Shown here in pieces: positions 40,001-53,112 of a stretch of 64,000 nucleotides of DNA (within the stretch, counting starts at the first letter, position 1; the number at the start of each line of letters is the position of its first letter). Source of the DNA: Eledone cirrhosa (lineage: Eukaryota). The DNA lies in the NCBI GenBank assembly GCA_964016885.1, contig OZ024743.1:64294001-64358000 (forward strand). Direction: 5' to 3'. The position numbers and the translations under genes were made by a program. A model generated the notes under the pieces. It worked only from the letters and a program-made list of their open reading frames with translations, ran no database searches and was not told the origin of the DNA.

Positions 40001-41131
40001 ACTCCTCGAGAGGTATTCCGTGTGTGATAATCAAAAACTCACACCCAGGGAAGTTGCTCAGCAGTATCGCAATGAATCCATGGATGAAAAACTGCATGCC
40101 TATCAGCAAAAAATCATGCATGGTTATGTTGCCAGGAAGCTCCAGAGTGAGAGTAATATAGATAAGGAAAGTAGTCTATCTTGGACCAACAACCGCTATA
40201 TTGGCTCCCACTTTGAAGGATACGCTTCTGCAATCCAAGAACAGGAAATCAACACGAAATACCTGATTCACAAAAGAGATAGGGATGCAGGCAAAACACC
40301 TAGATGTGACAACAAGTGCAGACTCTGCAGAATTAACATCGAAGATGTCACCCGTGTCATCAGCAGCTGTTCAACGATGTCATCGCAGTACTATCTACAT
40401 ATGAGGCATGATGTAGTGGCCAAAATATTGTACAATGCAATCCGTAGAAACGATAGCCTCGATAATAAACACATTAAAAGCTGCAGCAATGTGGAAGACA
40501 TACATATATATAATATGAAAGAGTACTGGTGGAATGTTCCAGTAAAAAACCCAATAACAGACCAGATATTATGATATAGGACAGGTAAAAGTAGGCATGC
40601 ATAGTAGTGGAAATTAGTTGCCCAGCAGATGCCAATATAATATCAAAGATTAGTGAAAAGGAGAATATTTATGCAGAACTGATAAGAAATCTACAGATAC
40701 TCCACCCTGATTATACCTTCAGATTTATGCCTGTGATTATTGTGGCACTGGGGTATGTTAGTAACTGCTTCAATACAAATCTTGAGAAGCTGGGTTTCAC
40801 AGGAACAGAAAAAAACACAACTAGTTAGGAAATTACAAGTACAATCCATTAATGGAACAGTAAAAATATGTAAAACATACAAAAAATGTTGCATCTAATA
40901 ACTTCATATACACATGTACATATACTAAGCATATACACATGCGCACATACAACTCAAAACTTCCACATCCACACATACAATAACATCCATATCTACACAT
41001 GCATGCATGCAGACATGCATACATATCTACCTAGTTGATGTTGTGTAAATTCCAATGAGAGAGTCTTGTATCTATGTTAAAAACAGGCTCTCTATTGGGA
41101 AACAATTTGTGAAATTATAAAACCAGAAGAA
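37087..41131 (+). mobile_element. R4/Dong-like element, near full length but degraded (copy D)
   Basis: 5' UTR, ORF start at 37299, WLDYRNAFDSVPH, VDDLKLYA, CRLC/RHD, VEISCP, same 3' UTR as copy A; (CATA)n at both ends. Confidence 0.9.
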
Positions 41132-41710
41132 CATACATACACACATGCATACACACTTACATACATACAAACAAACATACATACATACATACATACATAC
41201 ACACATATATACACACATACATACATACATACATACATACATACATACATACATACATACATACATACATTATCATTATAAAGCATCATTAATCTGAAAA
41301 ACAAAAGATAATTGGGAATTAATATCTGATATTCCTTTTATGATATGGTGGTGGTGGTGGCGGCGGTGTGGTGGTGATGGTGGTGGTGGCGATATGCTGG
41401 TGGTTGTTGTGGTGGTTTATGTGGTGGCGGTGGTGGTGGTGGCAGTGGTGAAGCTGGTGGTGGTGGTGGTGATGGTAATCGTGGTGGTGCTAGTGGTGGT
41501 GGTGGTGGAGGTGTGTGTGTGTGTGGAGGGGCGTTGTGGTGGTGGCGGCAGCAATGGTGGTATTGTTGTTGGTATTGGGTTAAGATTTGATGATATACAT
41601 ACATACATACATACATACGCACAAAGACATCCATATAAACACACACCCACATCATACATACATGCATACATAAGACATACATACTTGCAAACATATAGAC
41701 ACACACATAT

Positions 41711-41812
<102 letters not shown>

Positions 41813-41961
41813 CTATACTCTTGCACATGCCAACAGAAACGTTGATTTAAAGGTCTGATAAGGTTTGTACAGAGGCAAAATCGTTTCATTAAAATCTTTC
41901 ACTGAAAAATATTTTCATTGATTGCCAAATGTTGATATTTAACAGTTATTTCCATCTCTCC

Positions 41962-42245
41962 ATGCTAAGTGGTAAGGGTGTTGGACTTACGATAAAGTCG
42001 TGGGTTCTATTTCTGGACTCGGTTGTGTGTTGTGTTCTTGAGCAAAATACCTCATTTCACGTTGCTTCAGTATATCCAGCTGGAAAATGAGTGCCAACTA
42101 TATGGGGGGGGGGGGGTTAGTCCGGTGATAGACTGGCGTTCTGTCCAGGGGTGAGTCTTGTACTCTCAGTCGCTTCACGTTACGGAAACTAGGATAAGCA
42201 TCTGCCTGATGAGCCTCAGGTTCGAGATAGTCTTTAGACTTAGTC
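41962..42245 (+). mobile_element. tRNA-derived SINE related to the S2 head, with a V-domain-like body
   Basis: GCTAAGTGGTAAGG, GTTCTTGAGCAAAATACCTCATTTCACGTTGCT, GTGATAGACTGGCGTTCTGTCCAGGGG. Confidence 0.7.
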
Positions 42246-42287
42246 CCTTTGAGACAGACTTGTGTTTTAGCGAGAAAGAACTGTGAG

Positions 42288-45200
42288 TACAACAGATCGG
42301 TAAAAGTCTTAGGACAAACTGGATTTGTAACAACAGTTCGGTTTACTACAACAGATCGGTAAAAGTCTTAGGACAAACTGGATTTGTAACAACAGTTCGG
42401 TTTACTACAACAGATCGGTAAAAGTCTTAGGACAAACTGGATTTGTAACAACAGTTCGGTTTACTACAACAGATCGGTAAAAGTCTTAGGACAAACAGAA
42501 GTTGTATCAACAGTTCGGTTTACTACAACAGATCGGTAAAAGTCTTAGGACAAACAGAAGTTGTATCAACAGTTCGGTTTACTACAACAGATCGGTAAAA
42601 GTCTTAGGACAAACTGGATTTGTAACAACAGTTCGGTTTACTACAACAGATCGGTAAAAGTCTTAGAACAAACAGAAGTTGTATCAACAGTTCGGTTTAC
42701 TACAACAGATCGGTAAAAGTCTTAGGACAAACAGAAGTTGTATCAACAGTTCAGTTTACTACAACAGATCGGTAAAAGTCTTAGGGAAAACTGGATTTGT
42801 AACAACAGTTCGGTTTACTACAACAGATCGGTAAAAGTCTTAGGACAAACAGAAGTTGTATCAACAGTTCGGTTTACTACAACAGATCGGTAAAAGTCTT
42901 AGGACAAACAGAAGTTGTATCAACAGTTCGGTTTACTACAACAGATCGGTAAAAGTCTTAGGACAAACTGGATTTATAACAACAGTTCGGTTTACTACAA
43001 CAGATCGGTAAAAGTCTTAGGACAAACAGAAGTTGTATCAACAGTTCGGTTTACTACAACAGATCGGTAAAAGTCTTAGGACAAACAGAAGTTGTATCAA
43101 CAGTTCGGTTTACTACAACAGATCGGTAAAAGTCTTAGGACAAACAGAAGTTGTATCAACAGTTCGGTTTACTACAACAGATCGGTAAAAGTCTTAGGAC
43201 AAACAGAAGTTGTATCAACAGTTCGGTTTACTACAACAGATCGGTAAAAGTCTTAGGACAAACAGAAGTTGTATCAACAGTTCGGTTTACTACAACAGAT
43301 CGGTAAAAGTCTTAGGACAAACAGAAGTTGTATCAACAGTTCGGTTTACTACAACAGATCGGTAAAAGTCTTAGGACAAACAGAAGTTGTATCAACAGTT
43401 CGGTTTACTACAACAGATCGGTAAAAGTCTTAGGACAAACAGGATTTGTAACAACAGTTCGGTTTACTACAACAGATCGGTAAAAGTCTTAGAACAAACA
43501 GAAGTTGTATCAACAGTTCGGTTTACTACAACAGATCGGTAAAAGTCTTAGGACAAACAGAAGTTGTATCAACAGTTCAGTTTACTACAACAGATCGGTA
43601 AAAGTCTTAGGGCAAACTGGATTTGTAACAACAGTTCGGTTTACTACAACAGATCGGTAAAAGTCTTAGGGCAAACTGGATTTGTAACAACAGTTGGGTT
43701 TACTACAACAGATCGGTAAAAGTCTTAGGACAAACAGAAGTTGTATCAACAGTTCGGTTTACTACAACAGATCGGTAAAAGTATTAGGACAAACTGGATT
43801 TGTAACAACAGTTCGGTTTACTACAACAGATCGGTAAACGTCTTAGGACAAACAGAAGTTGTATCAACAGTTCGGTTTACTACAACAGATCGGTAAAAGT
43901 CTTAGGACAAACAGAAGTTGTATCAACGGTTCAGTTTACTACAACAGATCGGTAAAAGTCTTAGGGCAAACTGGATTTGTAACAACAGTTCGGTTTACTA
44001 CAACAGATCGGTAAAAGTCTTAGGACAAACTGGATTTGTAACAACAGTTCGGTTTACTACAACAGATCGGTAAAAGTCTTAGGACAAACAGAAGTTGTAT
44101 CAACAGTTCGGTTTACTACAACAGATCGGTAAAAGTCTTAGGACAAACTGGATTTGTAACAACAGTTCGGTTTACTACAACAGATCGGTAAAAGTCTTAG
44201 GACAAACAGAAGTTGTATCAACAGTTCGGTTTACTACAACAGATCGGTAAAAGTCTTAGGACAAACAGAAGTTGTATCAACAGTTCGGTTTACTACAACA
44301 GATCGGTAAAAGTCTTAGGACAAACAGAAGTTGTATCAACAGTTCAGTTTACTACAACAGATCGGTAAAAGTCTTAGGGAAAACTGGATTTGTAACACAG
44401 TTCGGTTTACTACAACAGATCGGTAAAGTCTTAGGACAAACTGGATTTGTAACAACAGTTCGGTTTACTACAACAGATCGGTAAAAGTCTTAGGACAAAC
44501 AGAAGTTGTATCAACAGTTCGGTTTACTACAACAGATCGGTAAAAGTCTTAGGGCAAACTGGATTTGTAACAACAGTTCAGTTTACTACGACAGATCGGT
44601 AAAGTCTTAGGGCAAACTGGATTTGTAACAACGGTTCGGTTTACTACAACAGATCGGTCAAACAGAAGTTGTGTCAACAGTTCGGTTTACTATAACAGAT
44701 CGGTAAAAGTCTTAGGACAAACAGAAGTTGTATCAACAGTTCAGTTTACTACAACAGATCGGTAAAAGTCTTAGGGAAAACTGGATTTGTAACACAGTTC
44801 GGTTTACTACAACAGATCGGTAAAGTCTTAGGACAAACTGGATTTGTAACAACAGTTCGGTTTACTACAACAGATCGGTAAAAGTCTTAGGACAAACAGA
44901 AGTTGTATCAACAGTTCGGTTTACTACAACAGATCGGTAAAAGTCTTAGGGCAAACTGGATTTGTAACAACAGTTCAGTTTACTACGACAGATCGGTAAA
45001 AGTCTTAGGGCAAACTGGATTTGTAACAACGGTTCGGTTTACTACAACAGATCGGTCAAACAGAAGTTGTGTCAACAGTTCGGTTTACTATAACAGATCG
45101 GTAAAAGTCTTAGGACAAACAGAAGTTGTGTCAACAGTTCAGTTTACTATAACAGATCGGTAAAAGTCTTAGGAAAAACTGGATTTGTAACAACGGTTCG

Positions 45201-47318
45201 GTTTACTACAACAGATCGGTAAAAGTCTTAGGACAAACAGAAGTTGTGTCAACAGTTCGGTTTACTATAACAGATCGGTAAAAGTCTTAGGACAAATAGA
45301 AGTTGTATCAACAGTTCAGTTTACTATAACAGATCGGTAAAAGTCTTAGGACAAACTAGATTTGTAACACCGGTTCGGTTTACTACAACAGATCGGTAAA
45401 AGTCTTAGGACAAACAGAAGTTGTATCAACAGTTCGGTTTACTACAACAGATCGGTAAAAGTCTTAGGGCAAACTGGATTTGTAACAACAGTTCAGTTTA
45501 CTACGACAGATCGGTAAAAGTCTTAGGGCAAACTGGATTTGTAACAACGGTTCGGTTTACTACAACAGATCGGTAAAAGTCTTAGGGCAAACAGAAGTTG
45601 TGTCAACAGTTCGGTTTACTATAACAGATCGGTAAAAGTCTTAGGACAAACAGAAGCTGTGTCAACAGTTCAGTTTACTATAACAGATCGGTAAAAGTCT
45701 TAGGACAAACTGGATTTGTAACAACGGTTCGGTTTACTACAACAGATCGGTAAAAGTCTTAGGACAAACTGGATTTGTAACAACAGTTCGGTTTACTACA
45801 ACAGATCGGTAAAAGTCTTAGGACAAACAAAAGTTGTATCAACAGTTCGGTTTACTACAACAGATCGGTAAAAGTCTTAGGGCAAACTGGATTTGTAACA
45901 ACAGTTCAGTTTACTACGACAGATCGGTAAAAGTCTTAGGGCAAACTGGATTTGTAACAACGGTTCGGTTTACTACAACAGATCGGTAAAAGTCTTAGGA
46001 CAAACAGAAGTTGTGTCAACAGTTCGGTTTACTATAACAGATCGGTAAAAGTCTTAGGACAAACAGAAGTTGTGTCAACAGTTCAGTTTACTATAACAGA
46101 TCGGTAAAAGTCTTAGGAAAAACTGGATTTGTAACAACGGTTCGGTTTACTACAACAGATCGGTAAAAGTCTTAGGACAAACAGAAGTTGTGTCAACAGT
46201 TCGGTTTACTATAACAGATCGGTAAAAGTCTTAGGACAAACAGAAGTTGTATCAACAGTTCAGTTTACTATAACAGATCGGTAAAAGTCTTAGGACAAAC
46301 TAGATTTGTAACACCGGTTCGGTTTACTACAACAGATCGGTAAAAGTCTTAGGACAAACAGAAGTTGTATCAACAGTTCGGTTTACTACAACAGATCGGT
46401 AAAAGTCTTAGGGCAAACTGGATTTGTAACAACAGTTCAGTTTACTACGACAGATCGGTAAAAGTCTTAGGGCAAACTGGATTTGTAACAACGGTTCGGT
46501 TTACTACAACAGATCGGTAAAAGTCTTAGGGCAAACAGAAGTTGTGTCAACAGTTCGGTTTACTATAACAGATCGGTAAAAGTCTTAGGACAAACAGAAG
46601 CTGTGTCAACAGTTCAGTTTACTATAACAGATCGGTAAAAGTCTTAGGACAAACTGGATTTGTAACAACGGTTCGGTTTACTACAACAGATCGGTAAAAG
46701 TCTTAGGACAAACAGAAGTTGTGTCAACAGTTCGGTTTACTATAACAGATCGGTAAAAGTCTTAGGACAAACAGAAGTTGTATCAACAGTTCAGTTTACT
46801 ATAACAGATCGGTAAAAGTCTTAGGACAAACTAGATTTGTAACAACGGTTCGGTTTACTACAACAGATCGGTAAAAGTCTTAGGACAAACAGAAGTTGTA
46901 TCAACAGTTCAGTTTACTATAACAGATCGGTAAAAGTCTTAGGACAAACTGGATTTGTAACAACGGTTCGGTTTACTATAACAGATCGGTAAAAGTCTTA
47001 GGACAAACAGAAGTTGTATCAACAGTTCGGTTTACTACAACAGATCGGTAAAAGTCTTAGGACAAACAGAAGTTGTGTCAACAGTTCGGTTTACTATAAC
47101 AGATCGGTAAAAGTCTTAGGACAAACAGAAGTTGTATCAACAGTTTAGTTTACTACGACAGATCGGTAAAAGTTTTAGAACAAACTGGATTTGTAACAAC
47201 AGTTCGGTTTACTACAATATAGTGGTGATAGTCTTAGGACAAACTGGATTTGTAACAACAGTTCGGTTTACTACAATATAGTGGTGATAGTCTTAGGATA
47301 AACACAAGTTGTAACAAC
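42288..47318. repeat. 59-bp satellite, ~85 units, two unit types, with higher-order repeats
   Basis: ACAACAGATCGGTAAAAGTCTTAGGACAAAC[TGGATTTGTAA|AGAAGTTGTAT]CAACAGTTCGGTTTACT; diagnostic variants recur at 398-bp and 944-bp spacing. Confidence 0.97.
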
Positions 47319-47393
47319 GTTCAATTCACGGTTCAGTCATTCTTCATTTTATTTTAATCCTTTTACAAGACGCCATGGTGTATCCATCGTCAA

Positions 47394-47593
47394 NNNNNNN
47401 NNNNNNNNNNNNNNNNNNNNNNNNNNNNNNNNNNNNNNNNNNNNNNNNNNNNNNNNNNNNNNNNNNNNNNNNNNNNNNNNNNNNNNNNNNNNNNNNNNNN
47501 NNNNNNNNNNNNNNNNNNNNNNNNNNNNNNNNNNNNNNNNNNNNNNNNNNNNNNNNNNNNNNNNNNNNNNNNNNNNNNNNNNNNNNNNNNNNN
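47394..47593. other. Assembly gap (200 N)
   Basis: Run of N. Confidence 1.
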
Positions 47594-48044
47594 TACACTG
47601 GGAGATCCTAGCTAGGGCTAGATCGTATAACGGAAATAAAAGACCATGTGACCTCTGCGCCGCTGAGGCCCTGGAAATACTCTACGCCACAGACCACATC
47701 TTAAACAAAAAATCTGAGGCAATTTCGGCTTGTAAACATAAATTGGACAAAACTTTCCTGTATTACAGCCCCACGTTATACCCTAACGGATAGTACAATT
47801 TATACGTGGATATTTTACGTCTTGATGTGGGAGCTAAGTATGTTTTGTTTATACCATTACTTATTTGTATAGCGAACGTTTCCACGAACCTAAGTATCGT
47901 CTTCCTGTCTTCCTCCGGTTGCAACGTTTTTTGAAATATCCACTTCTGCGTTTACAGATTGACTTTGTTAGTTTCAGAAGATCCCGTTAAGAGTGAAAGC
48001 AGCGATTCTTTGCTTAAACTTTAATCTGTTATTTTAATAAATAA

Positions 48045-48050
<6 letters not shown>
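47594..48050 (+). mobile_element. Penelope-like element 3' end (endonuclease C-terminus plus pLTR)
   Basis: HWEILARARSYNGNKRPCDLCAAEALEILYATDHILNKKSEAISACKHK..*, followed by a hammerhead motif and (TA)n. Confidence 0.75.
47970..48020 (+). ncRNA. Hammerhead motif, mutated core CAGAAGA
   Basis: AGTTT-CAGAAGA-TCCCGTTAAGAGT-GAA-AGCA..TGCT-T-AAACT; stem II is weak. Confidence 0.55.
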
Positions 48051-48081
<31 letters not shown>

Positions 48082-49261
48082 CACATACACTTGCACATAT
48101 ATATGCATACATATACATGAATGTATATAGATATATATGTAACAGTATCTTCTAGATATGGATTTTGTTAAGATTTCACACTACAAAGTAGGCAAAACGT
48201 TCATCGGAGGAAATTACACCAATTACATTGTTTTTTCTTTAATTGTTGTCTGAAGACAAACAGGCATGAGATAAAGACTTGTTATGGCAAACATGAGAAG
48301 ATGGTGTCATTGAGACATGGATTGTGTTAATATTTCACACTGCAAAGTCGACAAAACGACTAGTGAACGTTGATCAGTGTTTAAAACAAACCAACTGGAC
48401 ATTTAAAGTGAGAGATTTATCACTTTGACTGTACCAATGACTGAAACTCATTGACACATCCTTACTGCTTAATCTCGACATAGTGCCAAAGGTTAACATC
48501 TTCCAACATTTCATTGCAGTGTATTTTGTTAAAGCTATTGTCTTTCTGCCAGGAATTATTTCTTCTTCTCCTTAAATAACCAGCAAACAACACTAGTTAT
48601 TATAATGAGCTCAATATTGTCAAATACTACATTATGTTGTGTAAAATGTCACACAAACTCCGTTGGATTGTCATAGCAACATTACTTGCGCATTTGGCGA
48701 CTGTTATTTTTTATTTTTATATTTCCTATATTTCTATTTTATGTTCGTTAGAGTTGTCTTTTTTTTAAAATATATTTCAAGATGGATGACTTTCGACCAA
48801 GTTAAAAATATTCGCCACAAACAAAATGCTGTGTGAAATTTGATAAGAAAATATCATGTTTCCTTTCTCCTTTGTATCATCATAATCCCCCGAGTGTTAA
48901 AACGTCGCCATCAGTAAGTCACACGATTACCACTGTTTCACAGTTGGTACCAGTTCATTACAATATGGCGCTCATTCCTGTTTTAGATTCGCATTTTTTA
49001 ATGTTTTTTTTTGTTTTGTTTTTTTGCATAATTATACCTTTTATTGTATTTATTGTTGAGAAATATGTGAGCAGTAGTGTTCGAGTTTGTTTTCGTTAGT
49101 GTTTAACCCTAGTCAGCCCCCCACCCCCCACCCTTTTTGTAGGCCTGTGATTAAAGGCATTCCAGTCGTGACAATTTTGTCTTTTCTTTTCTTTTCTTTT
49201 CTTTTCTTTTCTTTTCTTTTCTTTTCTTTTCTTTTATTTTATTTTATTTTATTTTATTTTA

Positions 49262-49303
<42 letters not shown>

Positions 49304-49944
49304 TTTCTTTTCTTTTCTTTTTTTTTTTCTTTTCTTTTCTTTTTAACATAATGTATCGATGATGGTATTATCCAATGCCTCCTTCCGTTTTTTTAAGTAG
49401 TAGGGAGTTTTATGAGTGACATTTGGAGGCCGACGTCCACATCGGTTTTTCCTCTATATCCCTTTCTCACTTTCTCTCTATCATACATTCTCTCTCTCTC
49501 TCCTTCATACAGGCGGAACGTCCGTGAACAACCTCCTGCAGTGTTGTTCGAGGTTGTGCGTGACAGACGTTCCTACAAACGGTCTTCCATCTTGAATTTC
49601 GTTGAGGGACCAACTGACTGCTCTGTTTAAATATCTCCGCCTAATCATGTAATCAATATGTCCTGACTGATGTTGGCAATTGGACACAGTTTAATGCAAT
49701 CGTTAGTCAACTTAGATTTGGAAAATATCAACCGGAGTGGAAACAATAAATCTGTAATTGGAATAGAAATGATATGGAGGGGGTAGGAGCTAAAGTTATG
49801 ACTGTCGCGGGAATTAGTACTCAATACTATAGTAGAGATTAATATATTCTTTACTAAGGCCAAACTTCAGTCTTGTGAATACACAGAAGAATCTTCAAAC
49901 CCAAGTAAGGATTTAATGAATATATATATATATATATATATTTC

Positions 49945-50018
<74 letters not shown>

Positions 50019-50270
50019 GAAAAGAGTCAGGGCCCCGACGGCTGAGCTCCAGTTCCTTCGTTATATATATATATAAATTCGATGTTTGAAAGCCACGACA
50101 AACCGGGTTTGGACGGAGAATAATTAAATGGTAAGAAACAGGGCTGTTTTTTTTACCTTAATTTATTCATATTTCAAGATTAATATAAATATATTTCCTG
50201 CTATTTCAAGCGTTAACCTAATATATTATTTCCATATACTGTACCGACTGTGTTGTTATTTCTGTTTACC

Positions 50271-50414
<144 letters not shown>

Positions 50415-50534
50415 GTATATGTATATGTATATAGTTATACATATGCATATATATATATATGTGTATATAGAAATATCTGTAGGTATGAAAAAGGAAAAAG
50501 GAAAAGAGTGCTCAATACGAAAGAGGGCTGACCT

Positions 50535-50796
50535 ATTATATTATATAATTTATGTTCATACATGAAACAAAAGTACTACCTAAGGTTTCAAGACCCAATA
50601 TTGACCATATCTCCAGATTATAAGAGGAATCAAAATTGTGACCTCATTTGCAGGCACTTAAATGATTTTATAAATGTATAAGCGCCTGAATTGGGACCTA
50701 ATGGTCACAATTTTGATCCCTTTTACATTGTGGAGATATAGTCAATATTGGGCCTGGAAACCTTAGGTGGCGCTTTTGTTCTGTGTATGAACATAA

Positions 50797-50805
<9 letters not shown>
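50535..50805. repeat. Diverged ~270-bp inverted repeat
   Basis: TTTATGTTCATACA..CCTAAGGTTTC..CCCAATATTGAC..AAAATTGTGACC is mirrored on the right arm. Confidence 0.75.
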
Positions 50806-50868
<63 letters not shown>

Positions 50869-51462
50869 TAAAGTTAGTCCTTCATCAGTGATCTTCCAAC
50901 CATCATTGGTATTTCATCGCTTTGAAGACCATGTACCTCCGGTTGGTGCGAGCAGCGGCTAAAAAAAGTCGTTGGGACAAGTAAATAAAGGGGACAAGAG
51001 TGTAAACAACAAAAATGGTGAGCAACAAAAAGTGAGGAAGAAGAAGTCAAGTCACAAATTTCTATGAATTTAAATTCGGTGAAATCGTGAACGAGAGAGA
51101 ATAAAGACCATCAAACCTGGTTGGAATGTAAGCAAGGAAGGAATTCCGTACAGGTCTAACGGGAGGAAGAAGGGATCTAGTCTGTGATTTCGGTGAACGT
51201 AAGTTCTGTGAAATCGTAGACGAGAGAGAGAAAAAGAACGACCTGCTAGACCAAGAATGCGAAAGAAAAGAATTACGCACAGGTCAAACAGGAAGAAGGA
51301 GGGGGGGAGGGGTAGTAACAGAGAATGAGTGAGTGAAGGGTGAGGAAGAGGCTAACAGAGAGAATGACTGCTAGAGAGGGTAAAGATACAGAGAAAGAGG
51401 AAGCGGTAAGAACGAAATAGACGTGTAACAGCGGGGAAAAGAATATGTGTGCTGCGGCGTTG

Positions 51463-51565
<103 letters not shown>

Positions 51566-51670
51566 AAAATATATTTATAAAACCATATATATTTTATTAT
51601 ACGTCAAGGGTTATAACATGAACTTATAACATGAAGTTCACATGAAGATATATCACTATCTTTGGTTGGA

Positions 51671-51822
51671 CATGCTTTCCAGCGTAGTTACATCCCTTTA
51701 CGATCTGAGTTCAAATCCCGCCAAGGTTAACTTTGCCTTTCATCCTTACGGGGTCGATAAAATAAAGTACCAGTAATGTACTGGGTAATTGCTGGTCTTG
51801 TGCCAAAAGTAGAAACAATTAT
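51671..51822 (+). mobile_element. SINE S1, 5'-truncated
   Basis: Matches 3159-3310; inserted immediately 5' of a hammerhead motif. Confidence 0.85.
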
Positions 51823-51882
51823 ATTTTATCTGACGAAAGCGTACTAAAATATTAGTACCCTTGAAATACGTATAATAAAATA
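51822..51882 (+). ncRNA. Hammerhead motif
   Basis: TATTTTAT-CTGACGA-AAGCGTACTAA(AATA)TTAGTACCCTT-GAA-ATACGTAT-A-ATAAAATA. Confidence 0.85.
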
Positions 51883-52017
51883 AATATGGTTTTATAAAGA
51901 TATTATCCATTTATTAATATTATTAATATTAATGAAACTCCGGATAAATACAGTTGAGTGCTTCTAATCTGCTGTATAATAACTTTGTTTAATAATCAAC
52001 AAACCAAATAACTCATT

Positions 52018-52129
<112 letters not shown>

Positions 52130-52272
52130 ACTAGAAATTGATTGACATATATATATATCTAAAATAAACATATGAAACAATCACAGGGAATAATTTGTGG
52201 ATATGGTGCATGTCTCTCTGACATGACACCCTTAATTTAATTTTGTATATCATCATTATCTATAAATCATTA

Positions 52273-53080
52273 TCTATAAAAGGCAGATTTTTGTGTCTGT
52301 ATGTATGTTTCAATTTTATACATTTACACAATTCCAAAAATATTGAATGAATAATTAAGCAGAATGTTTACAACTTGGGTCATGGGCGAACTTATTGGGT
52401 AAAAAATGCCACAATTACGGAAAAATCGATTTATTTCAACAATCGATGATTTCTCCTCTCTCATATGATATACGTTTCCTATATCTACTCCCTTCATCAC
52501 CTCGCCTTAAAATTGCTACTTTCTCTTATAAGTGTTTGTGAAAAAGAGAAACATTGAAAAAAAACATATACACACATATATGTGGGTGCATACACACACA
52601 TATATGTTGGTATGGTTACGATTGACGTCATAGAAACAGGAACGCGGGAATTTCAATCAATCAACGCATACACAGTTTGTTTTAGAAATAACAATAGCAT
52701 ATAATGATAAAGAGGGATATAATGATAAAGAGGGAGAGAGAAACAAACAGACACACTAAAAGACGGATATATGTGTGTGTGTTTGTATTAGCGCGTTCAA
52801 ACTCCATTTCGAAGCTGACTTTCATTTACTAAACTGTAAGTTTTTCAATCGGCCTTACACTTTCAAACTATATTTTTCTGTATAAGTAACTTTAACCCTT
52901 TATTTTCGACATAAAAATACACACATACAAAGACCTGTAAAGTTTTTTGGGGGGCCTTTCTTATCAATCTCTTTACATTCAATTATCAGCCTTATACTTT
53001 CAAAGTCAATTTTTATGTTGAAGTAACTTTCAACCTTTAATACATACATACATACATACATACATACATACATACATACA

Positions 53081-53112
<32 letters not shown>

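Noticed and set aside
42205-42235. CTGATGA-GCC..GGT hammerhead candidate
   Set aside because: GAGA instead of GAAA and no stem I or III; it is the SINE 3' region.
42288-47318. CRISPR array
   Set aside because: The variable slot has only two recurring 11-bp states rather than unique spacers; no cas genes; eukaryotic context.
51062-51280. Possible RT fragment on the minus strand
   Set aside because: No diagnostic motif could be recognised with confidence.
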